A DNA stretch of 44,760 nt from Verrucomicrobiia bacterium (GTDB taxonomy: Bacteria > Verrucomicrobiota > Verrucomicrobiia > Limisphaerales > UBA11358), in contig DATJSQ010000070.1 in NCBI GenBank assembly GCA_035503995.1, forward strand, positions 1-44,760. The letters run 5' to 3'. The notes under the pieces are model-generated. The model was not told where the DNA came from and did no database searches. It saw only the letters and a list, made by a program, of their open reading frames with translations. Shown here in pieces: positions 38,496-44,760 of the stretch (positions within the stretch are counted from its first letter, which is position 1; each line of letters opens with the position of its first letter). The position numbers were made by a program, and so were the translations under genes.

Positions 38496-39839
38496 TCACC
38501 CAACCGCCGAAAAGGATTCGTCGAAGACCTCGAGCAAGAAATCCGCGTCGGCTTGCGTGATGCACATCGGCGGCGCGAAACGGATGGTCTGCCCCCAAAG
38601 GCCGCCTTTGCCGATCAACAGTCCAAGCTCGCGCGCATTTTCCAGGACCTGCTGGCAGCCGGCCGAGGCCGGCGCTTTCGTCGAGCGGTCGTTCACCATC
38701 TCAATCCCGACCATTAAACCGCGGCCCCGGACGTCACCGATGATTTTGTGTTTGTCCTTGAGCTTGTTCAGCCCGGCCAAAATGTAATTTCCCAGCTTGA
38801 GCGAATTGGCCTGGAGATTCTCCTTTTCGATCACTTCGAGCACCGCCTTGCCGATGGCGCTCACCACGGGATTTCCGCCGAACGTGTTGAAATGGACCTT
38901 GCCAACGAGCGACTGCGCGATCCTGGGCGTGGTCACCACCGCCCCGAGCGGCGCGCCGTTGCCGATCCCCTTGGCCATGGTCACGATGTCCGGGACCACC
39001 CCCTGGGTTTCAAAACCCCAGAAATGCGTGCCGGTGCGGCCGAAACCGGTCTGCACTTCATCGGCAATACAGACGCCGCCCGCCGCCCGCACGTATTCGT
39101 AAGCATGTTTCAGGTAACCTTGTGGAAATTCCACGAAACCGCCGACGCCCTGGATGGATTCCGCGATGAAACCGGCGACTTTTCCCGGAGTCGCAAAATC
39201 AATCAATTGTTTCACGTCCTCCGCGTATTTCCTGCCCGCATCCGCGTCGTCGTAGCCATAGACGCCGCGATACGGGTAAGGCGCCAGGGCATGATGCACG
39301 CCAAAACTGTGCGGCACATTGTATTTCCACGCGCTGTGCGCCGTGACGCCCATTCCCGAGGCATTGCCGCCGTGATACGCGTTTCGCAACGCAATCACAT
39401 CGTAATTTTGCGTGTAAGCCCGCGCCATCAGCAATGCCAGATCGGTCGCTTCGGAGCCGGAATTGACAAAATAACAGACCTTCAGGTCGCCCGGCATCTT
39501 TGACGCAAGTTTTTCGGCGTATAACGTCACGTTCGGCTGCAGATAGATCGTCGTCGAATGTTGCAGCAATTCATTCTGTCTGTTTGCCGCCGCCACCACG
39601 TGCGGATGACAATGGCCCACGCTGACGGTGACGATGCCGGCCAGCCCGTCCAGATAACGTTTGCCGGTATCGTCCCAGACATATTGCATGGAGCCTTCCA
39701 CCATCATGATGGGATTTTTGTAATAGAGAAAAATCCCGGGGTTCATGTACTGCTTGCGCAATGCCAGAATTTCGGCGGCGGTCGGGCCGGAATATTTTTT
39801 AGCCTGATGGTTCGTCGGGGGCAGCGAAATGCTCTTCAT
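38496..39839 (-). CDS. Class-III PLP-dependent aminotransferase, AGXT2-like (alanine-glyoxylate / beta-alanine-pyruvate type)
   Basis: [76 protein letters not shown], and the TMAKGIGNG Lys context. Confidence 0.85.
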   Translation of the reverse strand: MKSISLPPTNHQAKKYSGPTAAEILALRKQYMNPGIFLYYKNPIMMVEGSMQYVWDDTGKRYLDGLAGIVTVSVGHCHPHVVAAANRQNELLQHSTTIYLQPNVTLYAEKLASKMPGDLKVCYFVNSGSEATDLALLMARAYTQNYDVIALRNAYHGGNASGMGVTAHSAWKYNVPHSFGVHHALAPYPYRGVYGYDDADAGRKYAEDVKQLIDFATPGKVAGFIAESIQGVGGFVEFPQGYLKHAYEYVRAAGGVCIADEVQTGFGRTGTHFWGFETQGVVPDIVTMAKGIGNGAPLGAVVTTPRIAQSLVGKVHFNTFGGNPVVSAIGKAVLEVIEKENLQANSLKLGNYILAGLNKLKDKHKIIGDVRGRGLMVGIEMVNDRSTKAPASAGCQQVLENARELGLLIGKGGLWGQTIRFAPPMCITQADADFLLEVFDESFSAVG

Positions 39840-39854
39840 ATATCTGACCTTCCT

Positions 39855-40232
39855 CTAATTTTCCAAAATGGCCGTCACGGCGGCGTACTCTTTGGTGTGA
39901 CTGATGCTCACCAGCAACCTTTTCGCGTGCCGCGATTCGAATAATTCCTTTCCTTTGCCATGAAGGATGGCGAACGGCTCGCCGCTTTCCCGATGCGCAA
40001 TCTCCATGTCCTGCCACCCCAGTTGCGCGCCGATGCCGGTGCCGAAAGCCTTGGAGATGGCTTCCTTGGCGGCAAATCGCGCCGCTACAAACGGGGCCGG
40101 ATATTGATGCGAGAGGCAATACGCCATTTCGTCCGGCAACAAAATCCGCTGTCCGAATCGCTCGCCGAATTTTTCCAGCGACGCCCTAATTCGCGCGACT
40201 TCGATGATGTCAATGCCGATGCCGAGAATCAT
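39855..40232 (-). CDS. acpS: Holo-[acyl-carrier-protein] synthase
   Basis: 125 aa. MILGIGIDIIEV.R, FAAKEA..KA.GTG, ISHT..YA.A. Confidence 0.92.
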   Translation of the reverse strand: MILGIGIDIIEVARIRASLEKFGERFGQRILLPDEMAYCLSHQYPAPFVAARFAAKEAISKAFGTGIGAQLGWQDMEIAHRESGEPFAILHGKGKELFESRHAKRLLVSISHTKEYAAVTAILEN

Positions 40233-40384
40233 TTGGCTGTGGTTACGATTGACGATTTGCGGACGATGCGCAAGAACAGTTGACAGGATATTTGGCGAGA
40301 GTTGAGCGTGGGAACAACAACCGGGTTTTCACAAACGGACGGCTGAATGGCCGCGACGATCATTCAATAAGGCGGGACACCCGG

Positions 40385-41128
40385 TTATTTTGCGTCGCCG
40401 TAGTGTTCCATCAAACGCAGCATCTCTTTCACGGCGCTTTCGATGCCCGCGAAAACGGCCCGGCTGACGATGCTGTGGCCGATGTTCAATTCTTCCAGGT
40501 GCGGCACGGCGAAAAGCGCGGTGAGGTTTTCGTAATTCAATCCGTGCCCGGCGTTGACCCGCAGGCCCAGTGTCCGCGCCAGTTGCGCGGCGGAAACCAG
40601 CCGTTGCAATTCCGTCTGGCGCCCGCGTTCAACGGCAAAATGCTCCGCAAATTGACCCGTGTGCAGTTCGATGAACTGCGCGCCCACACGCGCGCTCGCC
40701 TCGACTTGCGCCGGGTCCGGCGCGATGAACAAACTCACCTCAATGCCGGCGTCATTCATTTTTTTCCGCGTCTCGCCAAGCGACTTTTCATTCGCCGCCA
40801 CGTCCAAGCCGCCTTCCGTCGTCACTTCCAGCCGCCGCTCCGGCACCATGCACACGATCTCCGGCTTCAATTTCAAACCAATGGCGATGATTTCCGGCGC
40901 GTTGGCCATTTCCAGGTTCAAGCGTTTGGCGACTTCGCGCAATTGCCACACGTCCCGGTCCTGGATGTGCCGGCGGTCTTCGCGCAAATGCGCGGTGATG
41001 CCATGGGCGCCGGCGGCCTGGCAAAGCCTCGCCGCCGCGACGGGATCCGGCTCGCCAAATCCGCGGGCGCGATAGCGCGCCTCGCGAATAGTCGCCACAT
41101 GGTCAATGTTTACCCCGAGCTTGAGCAT
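40385..41128 (-). CDS. pdxJ: Pyridoxine 5'-phosphate synthase
   Basis: LGVNIDHVATIREAR, ITAHLREDRRHI, NLEMA, VCMVPE, ELHTG, VNAGHGLNY, EELNIGHSI. Confidence 0.96.
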   Translation of the reverse strand: MLKLGVNIDHVATIREARYRARGFGEPDPVAAARLCQAAGAHGITAHLREDRRHIQDRDVWQLREVAKRLNLEMANAPEIIAIGLKLKPEIVCMVPERRLEVTTEGGLDVAANEKSLGETRKKMNDAGIEVSLFIAPDPAQVEASARVGAQFIELHTGQFAEHFAVERGRQTELQRLVSAAQLARTLGLRVNAGHGLNYENLTALFAVPHLEELNIGHSIVSRAVFAGIESAVKEMLRLMEHYGDAK

Positions 41129-41176
41129 GAATTTTGTCCTTTGTTTTTGGTGGAAATCTGGAACGCCAACGGGGAT

Positions 41177-41911
41177 TTATTTCAACCCCAGCACGTCCTG
41201 CATGTCGTATAGTCCCGGCGGCTGTTTGGCCACCCAGAGCGCGGCGCGCAACGCGCCGTTGGCAAAGGTCTCGCGGCTCGACGCCTTGTGCGCCAGTTCC
41301 AGGCGCTCGCCGGCATTCGCGAAAATCACCGTGTGATCGCCCACGACATCGCCCCCGCGAACGGAATGAATGCCGATTTCGGACCGGGTCCGTTCGCCGA
41401 CGATGCCGGCGCGGCCATGCCGCGCGGCTTTGTCCAATTGCAACTTCCGCACCTCCGCCAGGATTTCGGCCAGCGATTTGGCCGTGCCGCTGGGGGCGTC
41501 CTTTTTCATGCGATGATGCATCTCGACGATTTCCAAATCGAAATCCGGCCCAAGGATTTCCGCCGCCTTGCGCGTGAGCCAGAAGAGCGTATTGACGCCG
41601 GTGGAAAAATTCGATGCCCATACCATCGCAATTTCATTTTGCCGGCCCGCGATTTGCGCCTTTTCCTTTTCGGAATGTCCGGTGGTGCCGATCAGCACGG
41701 CTTTTTTATTTTTCGCGCATAGTTCGACAATTTCCCGCGTGGCGGAATGCAGGCTGAAATCAACCACCACGTCGCCTTTGGAAATGACGGCGCTTAAATC
41801 GTCGCCCATGTCAATCCCGGCGGCGATTTCGAGGTCGCGAAAGTTCGGGGCGCAAGCAACGAGCGCCTGTCCCATGCGGCCTTTCGCTCCGGTGACAATG
41901 ACGCGGGTCAT
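41177..41911 (-). CDS. dapB: 4-hydroxy-tetrahydrodipicolinate reductase
   Basis: ATG 41911 (MTRVIVTGAKGRMGQ). EIVEMHHRMKKDAPSGTA and HSVRGGDVVGDHTVIF blocks. Confidence 0.95.
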   Translation of the reverse strand: MTRVIVTGAKGRMGQALVACAPNFRDLEIAAGIDMGDDLSAVISKGDVVVDFSLHSATREIVELCAKNKKAVLIGTTGHSEKEKAQIAGRQNEIAMVWASNFSTGVNTLFWLTRKAAEILGPDFDLEIVEMHHRMKKDAPSGTAKSLAEILAEVRKLQLDKAARHGRAGIVGERTRSEIGIHSVRGGDVVGDHTVIFANAGERLELAHKASSRETFANGALRAALWVAKQPPGLYDMQDVLGLK

Positions 41912-41913
41912 GG

Positions 41914-42792
41914 CTATTCGAGAATGCCGCAGCGTTTCATGGTGGTGCGCAGCGCGTCCCAATTTTTCGGGTTCATCGGCACCAGCGGCAGACGATATTC
42001 CTCTTCAATCAATTTCATCATCGCCAGCGCGGCTTTCACCGGCACCGGATTCGTCTCAATGAACAAATCCCTGAATAAAGCATAAAATCTGGCGTGCAAT
42101 TGCGACGCTTTTTTTATGTCGCCGCGTGTGAAGGCCCTGACCATCTGCGATACCTCGCGCGGAATCACGTTCGAGGCCACGCTGACGACGCCGTTGGCGC
42201 CGCAGGCCATAAAGGGCAGCGTCAATGAATCGTCGCCGCTCATGATAATGAATTTCGGGCCGGCCGCCGCGCGCAATTGCGAAACGCGGTCGCAGCTTCC
42301 ACCGGATTCCTTGATGCCGATGATATTTTTGCAATCGGCCGCGAGCCGTTTCGCCGTCTCGATGGCAATCTCCACGCCGCAGCGGCCCGGAATGCTGTAA
42401 AGCACGATGGGCAATTGTGTCGCCCGCGCGATGGCCTTGAAATGTTGATACAAACCTTCCTGCGTCGGTTTGTTGTAATACGGCGCGACCTGTAATGAAC
42501 CGTCCGCGCCGGCTTTTTCGGCGGCCTGTGTCAGGTGAATCGCCTCCTTGGTGGAATTGGCGCCCGTCCCGGCCAGCACTTTGATCTTTCCGGCGGCGAA
42601 TTTCACCGACAATTCGATGATGTGGATGTGTTCCTCGCAATCCACCGTGGGCGATTCGCCCGTGGTGCCGACGGGCACGATGCCATCCACTCCCCCCCTG
42701 ATCTGCATGCGGATGAGGGCTTCGAGCGCGTCTTCGTCAATCGCGCCGGCGCGAAATGGCGTGACGATGGCAGTATAGGTTCCAGTAAACAT
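41914..42792 (-). CDS. dapA: 4-hydroxy-tetrahydrodipicolinate synthase
   Basis: ATG 42792 (MFTGTYTAIVTPF). GTTGESPT, VLAGTGANST, and IGIKESGG with the Schiff-base Lys. The track's 119-aa N-terminal extension is non-homologous. Confidence 0.95.
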   Translation of the reverse strand: MFTGTYTAIVTPFRAGAIDEDALEALIRMQIRGGVDGIVPVGTTGESPTVDCEEHIHIIELSVKFAAGKIKVLAGTGANSTKEAIHLTQAAEKAGADGSLQVAPYYNKPTQEGLYQHFKAIARATQLPIVLYSIPGRCGVEIAIETAKRLAADCKNIIGIKESGGSCDRVSQLRAAAGPKFIIMSGDDSLTLPFMACGANGVVSVASNVIPREVSQMVRAFTRGDIKKASQLHARFYALFRDLFIETNPVPVKAALAMMKLIEEEYRLPLVPMNPKNWDALRTTMKRCGILE

Positions 42793-42928
42793 CTCGCCAT
42801 AGCATCGGAAAAGGGAGGGGGGTTGGCGAGTCAATTCTGAAACCGCGTAACATTGACGAATCCGCACCCTTATGGAACGGTCTCGGATTAACTTGAAACT
42901 CGCAATTGAAAACTGAAAACTGATTCCA

Positions 42929-43495
42929 ATGACACCAGACGACGTTCTGCAGATTTTCCGGGACACCGGCGCGCTGCTCGAGGGCCATTTCATCCTGCGC
43001 AGCGGCCTGCATAGCCGCGAATACTTCCAATGCGCGCTCGCGCTCCAACAAATGCCGGTGGTGGAAAAAATCGGGGGCGCCCTGGCAAAGAAGGTCGAAA
43101 AATTCGAGACCGTCACGGTCATCGCCCCGGCGATTGGCGGATTGGTCATCGGTCAGGAAATCGCCCGGCAACGGCGCGCCCGCTTTATTTTTACTGAAAA
43201 GGAAAACGGCAATCTTGTCTTGCGCCGGGGCTTTAAGATTGACCGTGGAGAAAAAATCCTCGTCGTCGAGGACGTCGTCACCAAAGGCGGGCGGGTGCGG
43301 GAAACCATTGATATCGTCCATTCCAACGGCGGTTATGTCGTGGGCGTGGCCGCCATTGTGGACCGCTCGAACGGCGCCGTGAAATTTGGCGTGCCCTTCG
43401 TCAGCCTGCTCTCCTTGCAAGTCGAAACCTTCGAGCCGGACAAATTGCCTCCGGACCTGAAAGCAATTCCCGCGGAAAAGCCGGGGAGCAGGTAG
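42929..43495 (+). CDS. pyrE: Orotate phosphoribosyltransferase
   Basis: GHFILRSGLHS..YFQ and the PRPP loop ILVVEDVVTKGGRVRE. Confidence 0.93.
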   Translation: MTPDDVLQIFRDTGALLEGHFILRSGLHSREYFQCALALQQMPVVEKIGGALAKKVEKFETVTVIAPAIGGLVIGQEIARQRRARFIFTEKENGNLVLRRGFKIDRGEKILVVEDVVTKGGRVRETIDIVHSNGGYVVGVAAIVDRSNGAVKFGVPFVSLLSLQVETFEPDKLPPDLKAIPAEKPGSR

Positions 43496-43694
43496 ATTAC
43501 TCCGGGCGAGTACGCGCGGCACCGGCTGTCTTCCATGCCCGCGATCTACGGAGAAGTCTTCCCGGTCAACCGTCCGGATTTTGCATCTCCATGAACCGCC
43601 GACGACAAAATGGTCGGGCGACTGCCATTCTCACCCCTCACCCTCGGTCCCTCCGCATGAACCCCGGGGGCCCTCACCTCACCCTGACCCTCCC

Positions 43695-43752
43695 CTCCCA
43701 TCCGATGGGAGCGGAGAAAGGATCCGCCTTCGTTGCGCTTCGGCGCGACAAG
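43695..43752 (+). repeat. Composite dispersed repeat, copy 1 (CTCCCAT-CCG-ATGGGAG hairpin + GATCCGCCT-N8-CTTCGGCGCGACA block)
   Basis: Hairpin at 43695-43711. GATCCGCCT at 43721 and CTTCGGCGCGACA at 43738-43750, with the same 17-nt register as copy 2. Confidence 0.65.
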
Positions 43753-43809
43753 CAGCAAGCGGATGCCAACTGTCGCATGGATGTCCAGCCATCGGCGGCG
43801 GGTTCAGGA

Positions 43810-43944
43810 GTTCAATGCGCGAATTTCTTCGAGGAATTCTCTCCCCATTTCAAAAAGACATTTCGGGATGAATCCCGGGAATTGTTGGAGCATTTCGGTG
43901 TGGAATTTGATCCGCGATACGTATTCAAATCCCCTGGCGAATGA
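43810..43944 (+). mobile_element. C-terminal remnant of an IS200-like Y1 (HUH) transposase
   Basis: The frame ending at TGA 43942-43944 reads ..ANFFEEFSPHFKKTFRDESRELLEHFGVEFDPRYVFK... This matches my recollection of the conserved C-terminus ..QEEHH.K.TFQ(D/E)E.R.FL...(I/V)E(Y/F)DE.Y(V/L)(W/F)D. Nothing transposase-like lies upstream. Confidence 0.45.
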
Positions 43945-43954
43945 ATTTCGGACG

Positions 43955-44030
43955 ATGCCGCCCCTGACGGGGCTATGAGTTTGTCTGGTTTTTGTTTCTA
44001 CAAAGATTTCGCGCCTACGGCGCTGCGCGT
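43955..44030 (+). repeat. Double-hairpin repeat whose translation gives the ..APDGA..FYKDFAPTAL.. pseudo-peptide
   Basis: GCCCC-TGAC-GGGGC at 43960-43973 and GCGCC-TAC-GGCGC at 44011-44023. From memory, this pseudo-peptide signature recurs in spurious ORFs next to Y1-transposase genes in several phyla. Confidence 0.45.
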
Positions 44031-44082
44031 TAGCCCAGCCGCAACGGTTTTCGGAGCATAAGTTAGCGCCTATGCCCCCAGC

Positions 44083-44155
44083 CCCTCTCCAATCGGAATT
44101 GGAGAGGGTGGCGTCGCCCCGTTGATCCGCCTCCGCCTGGCTTCGGCGCGACAGG
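44083..44155 (+). repeat. Composite dispersed repeat, copy 2 (CCCTCTCCAAT-CGGA-ATTGGAGAGGG hairpin + GATCCGCCT-N8-CTTCGGCGCGACA block)
   Basis: Perfect 11-bp stem at 44083-44108. GATCCGCCT at 44124 and CTTCGGCGCGACA at 44141-44153. Same orientation as copy 1. Confidence 0.65.
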
Positions 44156-44666
44156 GGGGAAAGGGAAGTCAGAATTGTTCGACTCGGAAAAATTCCCGGC
44201 TCATGGGTCACAATGCGCGTCCAATGTTGGAGGTGGAAGCTCCCCATGAATCCCCCATCCCTTTTTAGGGATACCACTTCGGATGAAAGTGGCTGCTTGC
44301 TCATGCGCGCAACTCTGCTTATGGGACCATACCTATATGCCGCATAGCACATATTACACGACTTTCGGGGTAACCGGCTTTTAGCCGCGTTTTTCCGTTG
44401 GGTTCTCGACACCTGGACGCAAACCGGCGTCGCGCCCGCTTGCCGCACGCGCTTCACGACACAAGCAGTCATCGGACGCGGCTGAATTATTCCAGCCAAC
44501 TGTGCCACGATTCGCCCCAACTGCGTCATAACGGCGCTTTGGCGCAGTTTGCAACGTCGCCAAGCATGCCCAGTTCTTCTGTTTCGCCTTGTTTTTGGCG
44601 TTTTCCGATTTTCCAGCACACGGCATCGTAATTGCAGTGAGGAGTTGGATAGTTGTTAGCATTTAA

Positions 44667-44760
<94 letters not shown>

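Noticed and set aside
40280-41212. 310-aa ORF on the plus strand
   Set aside because: It is antisense to pdxJ, which has unambiguous motifs, and has an Arg-rich shadow composition.
42900-42928. GAAAACTGAAAACTGA tandem just before the pyrE ATG
   Set aside because: It is only two 7-nt units, too short to distinguish from chance. No PyrR-type hairpin is evident.
42793-43149. 119-aa upstream extension of the dapA ORF
   Set aside because: It is non-homologous and overlaps pyrE antisense. MFTGTYTAIVTPF at 42792 is the canonical DapA start.
42737-43522. 261-aa ORF on the minus strand
   Set aside because: It is antisense to pyrE and extends through the dapA/pyrE promoter spacer. No motifs.
43804-44619. 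271-aa ORF on the minus strand in the pyrE-dnaK spacer
   Set aside because: It runs through repeat hairpins and the antisense of the transposase remnant. The composition is Arg/Ser/Cys-rich and unlike the neighbouring genes. It is most likely open by chance.

Overview
GC-rich bacterial chromosomal segment with dense coding on both strands. I saw no rRNA, tRNA or CRISPR array by eye. Gene content and repeat types suggest a Verrucomicrobiota/PVC-type genome, but that is inference only. All family calls come from motifs recognised by eye and recalled from memory; no search was run.

Most of the window is core housekeeping:
- The nusA-infB-rbfA-nrnA-truB-ribF string, followed by rpoD.
- A recA - unknown - DEAD-box helicase - esterase string.
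- The dapA-dapB-pdxJ-acpS-aminotransferase string.
- Also ruvB, pyrE, ctp, an amidase, an epimerase and the 5' end of dnaK.
- A ubiX-ubiA-mqnE futalosine/menaquinone block.
- A cluster of three multidomain sensor kinases around an lptF/G-like permease.
- A divergent membrane pyrophosphatase, followed by a translationally coupled pair: a 3-dehydroquinate-synthase-like gene and an alkaline-phosphatase-family gene.

Observations most worth follow-up:
1. An unplaceable 552-aa protein with RG/RE-rich and P/E/A-rich tails, sitting between recA and the helicase.
2. The eboD/eboF-like gene pair without the rest of an ebo cluster.
3. A PPK2 gene broken by one extra base in an A8 run.
4. A strand-specific intrinsic terminator about 35 nt upstream of nusA, with rimP absent.
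5. Two decayed accessory patches. One holds an AbiEi/DUF6088 antitoxin remnant with operator-like repeats and REP-like palindromes. The other holds a Y1-transposase C-terminal remnant bracketed by a duplicated composite repeat upstream of dnaK.

I found no intact novel multi-gene system that I can defend from the sequence alone.
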